The notes under the pieces were generated by a model. That model was not told where the DNA came from, did no database searches, and saw only the letters and a program-made list of their open reading frames with translations. DNA of 64,000 nt from Candidatus Kaiserbacteria bacterium (GTDB lineage Bacteria > Patescibacteriota > Minisyncoccia > Phycocordibacterales > UBA918), in contig JAGQME010000002.1 in the NCBI GenBank assembly GCA_020428795.1, positions 3,374 through 67,373 on the forward strand, read 5' to 3'. This document shows, piece after piece, positions 39,704-48,598 of the stretch (the first letter of the stretch is position 1; every line of letters starts with the position of its first letter). The translations under genes were made by a program, and so were the position numbers.

Positions 39704-41383
39704 ATGAATGAAATTGATCCAATATATTGTTCTTGGGACACCTCCTCAAAACTGATGATTTTCTCAGACAATGTTTTTGGTGGTTTTATCTACTACTCAC
39801 ATTTATTACCAGTAATTTGTGTATTGTCATTTATTATTTTGCTACTTTGGCAAAATAGACGTGACCCAATAATTAACTCATTGGTGATAGTTTCTATATC
39901 ATTCACACTTTGGAGCTTAAGTGATTTGGTGCTATGGGCTACGGCCAACCCTGACCACACAATGTTTTTCTGGTCAATCATTATCCACTTTGAGCTATTA
40001 ATATACATCGCTTCTTTATATTTCATACACTACTATGTAAGCCATAGGCCTCCTAAAATTTACGTTGAACTAATACTCTTGGCCGCCTATGTTCCAGTTG
40101 CTATTTTTGCTCATACTAGTCTAAATTTAGTAGCTTTTGACTACACTAATTGCTGGCGAGAAGCGATTGAGGGACCTCTGCTGGCCTACGTCTATCTCTT
40201 TGAGATATGTATAGCTGTCTATATTTTAACTTATGGAATTTACCATGTTCTTAAAAGACCGGTCTCTTTAAACAAAAGGGAGATGCTGTTAGCGACCGCC
40301 GGCACATTCCTATTTCTAATATCATTTTCTTTAGGAAACATCCTCGGCACACTTGAGGTTGACTGGGAGTTGGGTCAATATGGACTTTTTGCTATTCCAT
40401 TCTTTATTGGTTTACTTTCCTACCTGATTATCAAATACAAAGGAGTCGAGGTTAAATTATTTAGTACAGAGGTACTGGTAGTGGCTATTTTAATATTAGT
40501 AGCCTCAATCTTATTTATAAGAAAAATAGAAAATGTAAGAATTGTTACTTTTATAACTATATTTCTGATTACTAATTTAGGTATTTTCTTGGTAAGAAGT
40601 GTTAGACGTGAAATTAAACAACGTGAACAAATTGAAAAATTAGCTAAAAATTTAGCTAGAGCAAATAAAAGACTTAAGGAAATAGACAAACTCAAATCTG
40701 AATTTGTATCAATTGCTTCACATCAACTCCGTAGCCCACTAACAACCATCCGAGGCTTTACCTCTATGCTACTCGAAGGTTCATTTGGAAAACTTAATCC
40801 CAAAGTGCAAACTGCTGTAGAACACATAGCTGACTCTAGCAAGTTCATGGCTTCGTCGGTAGAGGATTATCTTAACGTATCTAGAATCGAATCTGGCAAC
40901 ATGAAGTACGAGTCAACTGACTTTAATCTTAAAACAGAGACTGAACAGGTCGTGGAAGATTTCAGACAACAAGCTACCAAGAAAGGTATTTTGTTGATGT
41001 TTAAAAGTGATCTAAATAAAAAAGGGATTGTTCACGCTGACGTAGGTAAAGTTAGACAAATCCTCCATAACTTAATAAACAACGCCATTAAATACACTCC
41101 AAGAGGTAGCGTAACGCTACTTTTGCATGACAGCCCGAAGTTAAAGAAAGTTTACCTAGATGTGATTGACACCGGTATCGGCATCAGTGACGAAGCTCTG
41201 GAGCATTTATTTGCCAAATTCGAAAGAGCTGCCAACGCTCATCACATAAACGTAGTCGGGACTGGTCTGGGTCTCTATGTAGCTAGAAAAATGGCTCAAG
41301 ATATGGGTGGTAATATTACTGCCAAATCAGATGGGGAAAACTGTGGCTCTGTATTCACACTCGAATTACCACTAGAGATGTGA
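39704..41383 (+). CDS. sensor histidine kinase with a polytopic N-terminal sensor region
   Basis: Seven or more TM helices, then HisKA (SIASHQLRSPLTTIRGF) and HATPase_c (N, G1 DTGIGI, G2 GTGLGL boxes). No response regulator is adjacent. Confidence 0.85.
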   Translation: MNEIDPIYCSWDTSSKLMIFSDNVFGGFIYYSHLLPVICVLSFIILLLWQNRRDPIINSLVIVSISFTLWSLSDLVLWATANPDHTMFFWSIIIHFELLIYIASLYFIHYYVSHRPPKIYVELILLAAYVPVAIFAHTSLNLVAFDYTNCWREAIEGPLLAYVYLFEICIAVYILTYGIYHVLKRPVSLNKREMLLATAGTFLFLISFSLGNILGTLEVDWELGQYGLFAIPFFIGLLSYLIIKYKGVEVKLFSTEVLVVAILILVASILFIRKIENVRIVTFITIFLITNLGIFLVRSVRREIKQREQIEKLAKNLARANKRLKEIDKLKSEFVSIASHQLRSPLTTIRGFTSMLLEGSFGKLNPKVQTAVEHIADSSKFMASSVEDYLNVSRIESGNMKYESTDFNLKTETEQVVEDFRQQATKKGILLMFKSDLNKKGIVHADVGKVRQILHNLINNAIKYTPRGSVTLLLHDSPKLKKVYLDVIDTGIGISDEALEHLFAKFERAANAHHINVVGTGLGLYVARKMAQDMGGNITAKSDGENCGSVFTLELPLEM

Positions 41384-41458
41384 TTCAATACCAAGGCCTT
41401 TATCACAACAGATTTTACCAAAGTGGTAATATACCCTTGATTTTGTTATTATTTTGCC

Positions 41459-42409
41459 ATGACGAATGATTCAAGATTAAGAATGTTAACCGGCCTACAA
41501 CCATCCGGTGATCTACATATCGGTAACTATTTTGGAGCCTTGGCGCCTTTTTTGACCATGGCAAAAGAACACGAAACTTTTCTGATGGTGGCCGACTATC
41601 ATGCCCTAACCTCTGTTAAAGATGGGAATTTGCTTCGACAGAACATTTACAACATCGTACGTGACTATTTGGCTGTTGGAGTAGACCCTAATGAAGTCAC
41701 CCTCTTTAGACAATCCGACAATTCTGACCATATGGAGTTGGGTTGGGTACTAAATTGTATGGTGACAGTTCCTTTTTTAATGCAGGGCCACTCATACAAG
41801 GATAAAGTAGCCAAAGGTCTCGAAGCCAACGCCGGTTTATTTACCTATCCCATGCTGATGGCGGCCGATATTGTGCTTTATAATACCGACGTAGTGCCGG
41901 TCGGCGAAGATCAAAGACAACATCTCGAATACACCAGAGAAGCGGTAACAAAATTCAACAACAATTACGGCGACATCTTGAAAGAGCCAAAAGAGGCCAT
42001 TATGAAATCAGTCGGGGTTGTACCGGGTACCGATGGACAAAAAATGAGCAAAAGCTATAAAAACACCATTCCTTTGTTTGGCAGTCGGGAAGACATTCAA
42101 AAGGCGGTTATGAGCATAGTCACCGACTCAGCAGGAGACAGACCACAAAATGTCTACGACATCCACACCCTGTTTAAATCTGAGTCAGAATTAAATACCT
42201 TGTATGAAAACAACGCCGGTAAATACAAAAATCTTAAAGAAGCCTTGGTCGAGGATATCGACCAATTTATAAGCCCTATGCGAGAGTTACGAGACAGTAT
42301 TTCAGACCAAGATGTCATAAACGTACTTCAAGTCGGTGCCAAAAAGGCTAGGGCTGTCTCTCACGAAACCCTTGAGCGAGTTAGGGATGTTATCGGTATT
42401 AATTTATAG
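41459..42409 (+). CDS. trpS: tryptophanyl-tRNA synthetase
   Basis: GLQPSGDLHIGNYFGA (HIGH-like) and KMSKS. Confidence 0.9.
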   Translation: MTNDSRLRMLTGLQPSGDLHIGNYFGALAPFLTMAKEHETFLMVADYHALTSVKDGNLLRQNIYNIVRDYLAVGVDPNEVTLFRQSDNSDHMELGWVLNCMVTVPFLMQGHSYKDKVAKGLEANAGLFTYPMLMAADIVLYNTDVVPVGEDQRQHLEYTREAVTKFNNNYGDILKEPKEAIMKSVGVVPGTDGQKMSKSYKNTIPLFGSREDIQKAVMSIVTDSAGDRPQNVYDIHTLFKSESELNTLYENNAGKYKNLKEALVEDIDQFISPMRELRDSISDQDVINVLQVGAKKARAVSHETLERVRDVIGINL

Positions 42410-42412
42410 CTT

Positions 42413-42799
42413 ATGGAAGGAATGAATAATAATGATAATACTGAGCGAGGGCCGGAAAGATCAGACACCTATAGGTGTGCAGATATCCTAACCAACAGAC
42501 TGATCGAAACCGAAGTCATAAATATAAAGGTCTTTAATCTACTATATTCTGAAGACACAGACGTTCCGCCCGAAAAAGCTACTACTCGCATATCAATTGC
42601 CTGCAATATTGAAGACAACACAATAAAGGCAAAATCCTGGCAACAGATCATTACGGGTTGTGAAATAGAAATAGAATATTTAAGACGTGATCATCCGATA
42701 TTTAATGAAGTCCATATTTCTTACCATGAATCAGACCCACACTGTGAGGGATACCACACCATCGTAATAGAACCTAAAGAAAATATTAAACATGTCTAG
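42413..42799 (+). CDS. hypothetical Cys/His-containing small protein
   Basis: 128 aa wedged between trpS and the class IIb synthetase. It overlaps the downstream start by 8 nt. Confidence 0.4.
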   Translation: MEGMNNNDNTERGPERSDTYRCADILTNRLIETEVINIKVFNLLYSEDTDVPPEKATTRISIACNIEDNTIKAKSWQQIITGCEIEIEYLRRDHPIFNEVHISYHESDPHCEGYHTIVIEPKENIKHV

Positions 42800-44156
42800 A
42801 ATACTAATAAAAAACTTAAAAGAGCAGATTGAGAAAGAAGTCACTATTAAAGCTTGGGTGGATGTAGCGAGACAACAGGGTAAGCTGGCTTTCTTTGATT
42901 TTCGGGACCGAAGCGGAAAGGTGCAAGGGGTCGTCTTTGGTAAACCAGAAGTTTTAGAGATTGCCAAAACCCTAAAGCCAGAATCAGCCGTGACCATTAC
43001 CGGCCTAGTCAATAAAAGACCGGAAAAAATGATAAATGCGGAAGTCCAAAATGGTGATATTGAACTTGAGATTACCGATATTAAAGTCCTAAACGAGGCC
43101 GAATCACTACCGTTTGATCTAGAGACTGATCTAACAATTGACACCATCCTAGACTTCAGACCACTAACTATCAAAAGAAAGCGTGAGCAAGCCATTTTCA
43201 AAGTCCAAAGTGAAATAGTAAATGCCTACGGTACTTTTATGCGCAAGGAAGGCTTTACTGAATTTCAAGCTCCAAAGTTGGTCGGGGGCGACGCTGAGGG
43301 TGGGGCCGAGGTTTTTAAAGTGCCATACTTTAAAAAGAAAAATGCCTACCTAGCGTCCAGTCCACAACTCTACAAACAAATCATGGTTGGCGCCTACGAA
43401 AGAGTCTTCTCCTTCGCCACCGCCTTCAGAGCCGAGAAGAGTGCCACCACTAGACACTTAAGCGAGTACACTTCGCTTGACGCTGAAATGGGCTTCATCG
43501 AAGACCACACTGACGTAATGAAAGTGGAGACCGCTTTAATGAGATACCTAGTGTCGCATCTAAAAGAAGTGGCTCAAAACGAACTAAAAGAACTCAAGAT
43601 TGAGTTACCAACCACTGGCGACGAAACTAGCCCGACTTTCCCTTACATGAAACTAAGAGAAGCTCAGGAGCTAATCAAGAAAGAGACTGGAGTTGATAAA
43701 ACAAATGAACCCGACCTTGAGCCAGAAGACGAAAGGTGGTTGTGTGAATACGCCAAGAAAGAACTCGGTAGTGATTTCATTTTTATCACTCATTACCCAG
43801 TCTCTAAGCGGCCGTTTTATACTTATGAAGATGAGAATGATCCCGGCTTTACTAAGAGTTTCGACCTTTTGTTTAGAGGAGTGGAGATCACAACCGGCGG
43901 CCAACGAGTACACAAGAAGGCTGAGTTATTAAAACGAATGAGCGATAAAGGTTTAAATCCAGACAACTTCAGTTTCTACCTTCAAGCCTTTCAGTATGGC
44001 CTACCACCACACGGCGGTTGGGGCATGGGGTTGGAAAGATTGACCCAGAAATTCTGTGGTCTACCAAACGTAAAAGAAGCTACTCTATTCCCACGCGACA
44101 TAAACCGTATCGACACTTTAACCTCCAAAGACCAAACCGACACCGCTGAATTATAA
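42792..44156 (+). CDS. class IIb aminoacyl-tRNA synthetase, archaeal/eukaryal-type AspRS (possibly non-discriminating) or AsnRS
   Basis: N-terminal OB fold, FRAEKSATTRHLSEYTSLDAEMGF (motif 2) and GLPPHGGWGMGLERL (motif 3). The ~450 aa length fits the short AspRS/AsnRS type. Asp versus Asn cannot be settled by eye. Confidence 0.8.
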   Translation: MSRILIKNLKEQIEKEVTIKAWVDVARQQGKLAFFDFRDRSGKVQGVVFGKPEVLEIAKTLKPESAVTITGLVNKRPEKMINAEVQNGDIELEITDIKVLNEAESLPFDLETDLTIDTILDFRPLTIKRKREQAIFKVQSEIVNAYGTFMRKEGFTEFQAPKLVGGDAEGGAEVFKVPYFKKKNAYLASSPQLYKQIMVGAYERVFSFATAFRAEKSATTRHLSEYTSLDAEMGFIEDHTDVMKVETALMRYLVSHLKEVAQNELKELKIELPTTGDETSPTFPYMKLREAQELIKKETGVDKTNEPDLEPEDERWLCEYAKKELGSDFIFITHYPVSKRPFYTYEDENDPGFTKSFDLLFRGVEITTGGQRVHKKAELLKRMSDKGLNPDNFSFYLQAFQYGLPPHGGWGMGLERLTQKFCGLPNVKEATLFPRDINRIDTLTSKDQTDTAEL

Positions 44157-44157
44157 A

Positions 44158-44195
44158 AACAGACCCGTAGCCTTCGGCTACGGGTCTGTTTTTGC
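44158..44195 (+). terminator. rho-independent terminator (agacccgtagcc-ttcg-gctacgggtct + TTTTT)
   Basis: GC-rich 11-bp stem, UUCG loop and T5 run directly after the synthetase stop. Confidence 0.75.
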
Positions 44196-44228
44196 TATAC
44201 TATCCTCATTAAAATCAGAAAACTAGTT

Positions 44229-45653
44229 ATGAAAATCTCTACCAACAAAAACTCTATCGAAAAAATTGACCAAAAATTCTGTCGATTAGTGATTACAGAA
44301 GACAAACCAAATGTACATCGCTTGGTAGAAACAAAAGATAACAGATTGGAATATCGTCTAGGAGCCGGTAAGTTTTCAAAAATGACTGCTCGCAAATTTA
44401 GGCTTTTTACTCGTAGTATCATTCAAGCAACCAAAAGTCACCAGCTAGAAAACCTAGCCATTGATATCAACGCAATTCCTTTTCCAAAGACCGACTACGA
44501 GGCTAGCTGGAACCTATCTACCTTAGTGGAAAACCTCATCTTGGCTGACTACACTTTCACAAAGTATAAATCCTCGACCAAAGAAGATCCCGTCATTAAA
44601 GAAATTCTACTTTGTGGGAATCTGTCCAAAGCTGACACAGTGGGCCTAAAGAGGGGAATTATCGTGGCTGAATCCACCAACCTAGCCAGAGACATCGCCA
44701 ACACCACCGCTGATGATCTAACTCCTGATCTTCTGGCCAAAGTGGCCAAAAAAGCGCTTCTTGGTACCAATGTAAAATTGTCGGTCTTAGATAAAAAAGC
44801 CATTAAGCAAGCCAAAATGGGGCTTCTAGAAGCGGTTGGTAAGGGTTCACACAATGATCCTCGTTTCATTATTATGGAATATTACGGAGCCGGAAAACCA
44901 ACTAAAGATAATAAGGGCAAGACCAAACAACCAGTCATCTTGATCGGTAAAGGAATTACTTTTGATACCGGTGGTCTAAATGTCAAACCAAGTGGTTATA
45001 TGCACGACATGCACCTAGATATGTCCGGTGGCTCATCAGTAATCGGTACCATGGTAGCGGTAGCCAAACTAAAATTGAAACAAAACATCGTCGCTCTGAT
45101 CCCAGCGGCTGAGAACGCCGTCTCCGATAAAGCCATGCGAGCTGGTGACATTGTAACCGCTATGAATGGCAAAACCGTTGAAATCCTCCACACCGATGCT
45201 GAAGGGAGGCTAGTTTTGGCAGATGCCTTAACTTATTCAGAAAGATTCAAGCCTAGAGCGATTATTGATGTCGCTACTCTGACCGGAGCTGCTCTAGTCG
45301 CCTTGGGGCAATACGCCAGCGCCATCATGACCAAAGATGAAAAGCTACAAACCACTTTACAAAACTTAGGAGAACAAAGCGGTGATTATGTTTGGCCTCT
45401 ACCACTTTGGTCAGAGTACCAAAGTGGATTAAAAAGCCATCGCGCCGACTACTCCAACATCGACAAAAACTTTTCACGCTACGCCGGCAGTATCGAAGGT
45501 GGTACTTTTTTGTCATTCTTTGCTCCTAAAAATGTACCGTGGGCCCATATTGATATCGCCCCGAGAATGGATTCGGTAGCCCATGATAAGTTAACCAAGG
45601 GTTCAGCCGGTGAACCGGTCAGACTCTTGGTCTCATACCTTGAACAAGCCTAG
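44229..45653 (+). CDS. pepA: leucyl aminopeptidase (M17 family)
   Basis: NTDAEGRLVLADAL signature and the upstream DMSGG metal-ligand region. Confidence 0.85.
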   Translation: MKISTNKNSIEKIDQKFCRLVITEDKPNVHRLVETKDNRLEYRLGAGKFSKMTARKFRLFTRSIIQATKSHQLENLAIDINAIPFPKTDYEASWNLSTLVENLILADYTFTKYKSSTKEDPVIKEILLCGNLSKADTVGLKRGIIVAESTNLARDIANTTADDLTPDLLAKVAKKALLGTNVKLSVLDKKAIKQAKMGLLEAVGKGSHNDPRFIIMEYYGAGKPTKDNKGKTKQPVILIGKGITFDTGGLNVKPSGYMHDMHLDMSGGSSVIGTMVAVAKLKLKQNIVALIPAAENAVSDKAMRAGDIVTAMNGKTVEILHTDAEGRLVLADALTYSERFKPRAIIDVATLTGAALVALGQYASAIMTKDEKLQTTLQNLGEQSGDYVWPLPLWSEYQSGLKSHRADYSNIDKNFSRYAGSIEGGTFLSFFAPKNVPWAHIDIAPRMDSVAHDKLTKGSAGEPVRLLVSYLEQA

Positions 45654-45676
45654 ATCAACACTATAATAAAGCCAAC

Positions 45677-46294
45677 ATGATTAACACCTTTACTACCGAA
45701 AAAATAATCTCTGAGGTGAAGAAACTGCTTTATTTATACAGTCTCAAACAAACCATTCGCTACGGTCAGAGCAGAGACAAGAATGATTACACTGAGTCGG
45801 TGGCCGATCATGTTTACGGTATGCATTTAATTAGTGACTATTTTTTACCTCTGGAAGACCCTGACTATAAAATGAACAAGACCAGAATACAAGAACTGAT
45901 TACTTGGCACGATATTGTAGAAGTCGAAACCGGTGATATACCAAGAGTGAGAAAAACCCAAAAAGACAATGACTATGAACTGATCGCTATCAAGGAAGTG
46001 GTCCAGAAAGCTCCTGATTCTTTAAAACTGATCATAAAAGAACTCACCACCGAATACGAAACCCAGACAACTCCCGAATCAAGATTTGTAAAGGCCATAG
46101 ATAAAATTGAACCACTAATTCATTGTTATCACCCTTTAGGAAAATTTACTCAACAAAATTTGAAACTGACTGTCGAAAGTTCCCGTGAGGTTAAAGAAAA
46201 ATATATAGCAAATTTTCCGTACATAAAGCTATTCTCTGACACTCTTCATAAAGTTATGGAGAGTGAGGGGTATTTTTACAAAAATAAAATATGA
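45677..46294 (+). CDS. HD-domain phosphohydrolase (YfbR-like), tandem paralog 1
   Basis: VADHVYGMH and WHDIVEVETGD motifs. Confidence 0.7.
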   Translation: MINTFTTEKIISEVKKLLYLYSLKQTIRYGQSRDKNDYTESVADHVYGMHLISDYFLPLEDPDYKMNKTRIQELITWHDIVEVETGDIPRVRKTQKDNDYELIAIKEVVQKAPDSLKLIIKELTTEYETQTTPESRFVKAIDKIEPLIHCYHPLGKFTQQNLKLTVESSREVKEKYIANFPYIKLFSDTLHKVMESEGYFYKNKI

Positions 46295-46905
46295 TAGATA
46301 AATTTGATAAAGAGAAAATAATCTCTGAGGTGAAAAAACTCCAGTATTTATATCGCCTTAAGCAGGAGATTCGTTACAATTGTGTGAGGCCGACCTTGGA
46401 CCTGACAGAATCAGTGGCCGAACATGTTTATGGCATGCAAATTTTGGCTTTATACTTTTTACCACTTGAAAATCCGACCGGTGATTGGGATCGAGCCAAG
46501 ATATTCGAGATGATAACCATTCACGACATAGACGAGGTCGAAACCGGTGATATGTTGGGTTATCAGAAAACACCGGAAATAAGAGCCAAGGAAGCCAATG
46601 CTATGAAAATAGTAATCGACAATTCTCCGGAACACCTGAAAGCTCACTGGATGGAATTGGTTAATGAATACGAAGCTCTTACATCACCGGAAGCCAAGTT
46701 TGTAAAAGCAATTGATCGCTTTGAACCTTTAATCCACCTTTATACGGCTCATGGTAGGGAAATCTTAAAGAAAAATCACACCACCAGAAATCAATCACAA
46801 GGCCTTAAATATCCCTACGTTAAAGATTTTCCTTACATGAGTAAATTTACCTACGCCATTGATGAAGTAATGACCGAAGAGGGCTACTGGTGTGACGAAG
46901 ACTAG
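46291..46905 (+). CDS. HD-domain phosphohydrolase (YfbR-like), tandem paralog 2
   Basis: VAEHVYGMQ and IHDIDEVETGD. The N-terminus EKIISEVKKLQYLYRLKQEIRY is near-identical to paralog 1. Confidence 0.7.
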   Translation: MIDKFDKEKIISEVKKLQYLYRLKQEIRYNCVRPTLDLTESVAEHVYGMQILALYFLPLENPTGDWDRAKIFEMITIHDIDEVETGDMLGYQKTPEIRAKEANAMKIVIDNSPEHLKAHWMELVNEYEALTSPEAKFVKAIDRFEPLIHLYTAHGREILKKNHTTRNQSQGLKYPYVKDFPYMSKFTYAIDEVMTEEGYWCDED

Positions 46906-46932
46906 TCCTTATTACGTGCTACAATTTAAACA

Positions 46933-47670
46933 ATGAATCCAGCTACCGAATCATTTGCCATCAAAACCGAAGTCTTTGAGGGACCTTTGGAGCTTCTACT
47001 TGAATTGGTTGAAAGACGAAAACTATTGATCAATGACATCTCTTTAGCCAGTGTGACTGACGAATATATGCGTACCGTAAGTGACATGCAAGAGCGCTCA
47101 CTACCAAACACCACCCAATTCATACAGTTGGCTGCCACACTTTTGTTGATTAAATCAAAATCACTTTTGCCGGTTTTAAAACTAACCGAAGAAGAGGAGG
47201 AAGGAATAGACGACCTAGAAGAGAGACTGCGTCGCTACAAAATATTTAAAGACGCTGCTGAAACTCTAAAGACTCAGTTTGGAGTCAATATTATGCATGA
47301 AAAGCAATACGTAGCCGATAAAGTACCTTTGTTTGTAACCGACTCCTACACCACCTTAGAGTCTCTTCGTCAAGCCATTGGTGACGTCCTACAAAATCTT
47401 CCTTACAAAGAAGTTAAACCCAAGGTACAGGTAAAAAAAGTTATTTCACTCGAAGACATGATCAGTCGACTCCAATCAAGGATAGAAAAACAACTAAAAC
47501 TAACTTTTAGTGAATTACTAGAAGACAACTACGAGCGGACCCACGTCATCGTTGGTTTCTTAGCTGTACTGGAGTCTGTTAAGCAAGGTAGTCTCTTAGT
47601 GGCCCAGACTGAGCGCTTTGCCGATATACACCTAGAACAAGATCGTCCGCAATTACCAAAATATTATTAA
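46933..47670 (+). CDS. scpA: segregation and condensation protein A
   Basis: FEGPLELLLELVERRKLLINDISLASVTDEY. Confidence 0.8.
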   Translation: MNPATESFAIKTEVFEGPLELLLELVERRKLLINDISLASVTDEYMRTVSDMQERSLPNTTQFIQLAATLLLIKSKSLLPVLKLTEEEEEGIDDLEERLRRYKIFKDAAETLKTQFGVNIMHEKQYVADKVPLFVTDSYTTLESLRQAIGDVLQNLPYKEVKPKVQVKKVISLEDMISRLQSRIEKQLKLTFSELLEDNYERTHVIVGFLAVLESVKQGSLLVAQTERFADIHLEQDRPQLPKYY

Positions 47671-48059
47671 GAAAGGGCTAGAGGGAATTGTTGTTTTCAA
47701 TTACAAAACAGACTGTTACTAAACAACAACTCTGCTTGAAAAATAGTATACCTATTTTCTTCTTTACCAAGCAAAGAATCAAATACAGTAATAGTTTGAT
47801 CCTCTTTCGAACTAGTTATTAACTGGGTAAATTGTTTAGAAAGTTTGTTTAGTTGAGTGATAGAAAGTTTGCTTTTATTTAGTCTTACCATATAAAGATA
47901 CTAGCAAACCTTTCAATCGATTGAAAGGTTTGGGGCGTAGGTATTTTTAGTATCTGATGCCTCTTATGCTGGAGTTTTGTGCTGGAGTCTTGGAATCTAA
48001 GGTATCAGGCACAAAAAAACCGCATACATTTTGGTTTAATCTAAACAAAATCATTCATT

Positions 48060-48475
48060 GATTAGTCAAACCGCAGTTGCGGCCGTGGTGCGGACGGAGC
48101 TCACGCCCCGTCCGCCCGATTGGGGGGGGATTTTGGGGACTTTACTTTACCCCGGACTCTTGCCGTTGGCAAGAAATGCCATGGGTTCCTCCCTTGTTAG
48201 TGGTTTCATTGTCCGACCCCGACCCCTGACGACAGGGGTCGGGATGGTCGGCGTCGGCCGGTGAGGCTAGGCCAGCGCCGCCCGCCGCCGGCTCGACCGA
48301 TCGCGCGAGGGATCGCTCGCCCACGGCGGGCGGGCCTTGGCGTCGGACGGCGAAGAGCACATGTAGGCGCCGAAAATCAGTGCGGAAGTGGGGGGTGCGT
48401 GTTCCATCATCGTGGTCTCCTTGTTTAGTCGCCCTCAGCCCTTTACCTTCGGTAAAAGGTGGGCGACCTCAATAT
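48060..48475. other. GC-rich island of unknown identity (~415 bp, roughly 70% GC) inside the scpA-scpB spacer
   Basis: Abrupt composition shift read directly. Several stable hairpins are present: gaccccgacccctg-acga-caggggtcggg, gcggacgg...ccgtccgc, and gtcgccc...gggcgac. A minus-strand 47-codon ORF (48267..48410) has an AAGGAGA SD five nt from its ATG. Confidence 0.4.
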
Positions 48476-48598
48476 ACTAACACAATAAAAATAACTGTCA
48501 AGCAGTTTTCAACAGCCTAACTTTAGAGCAAATTAGACTAATTTCGATATACCCAGAAAATGATTAAAAGGCCTTATTTTATGGTATTATTCTGCTAT

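Noticed and set aside
42731-43201. 156-aa minus-strand ORF
   Set aside because: Antisense to the N-terminal OB-fold region of the class IIb aaRS.
48058-48360. 68-aa plus ORF and 72-aa minus ORF from the ORF track inside the GC island
   Set aside because: Both are Gly/Pro/Ala/Arg low-complexity translations expected from any GC-rich sequence. Neither has a ribosome-binding site. Only the shorter 47-codon minus ORF with a strong SD is kept as a finding.
48060-48475. Identification of the GC island as RNase P RNA, tmRNA or SRP RNA
   Set aside because: I looked on both strands for GGAAAGUCCGGGCUCC/ACAGAACCCGGCUUA (RNase P), GGNUUCGAC and GGUUCGANUCC-CCA (tmRNA) and AGGUCCGGAAGGAAGCAGC (SRP). 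Only weak partial resemblances turned up (GAGUCCGGGG; GUCGGACGGCGAAGAGCAC). They are not enough to call. cmscan is needed.
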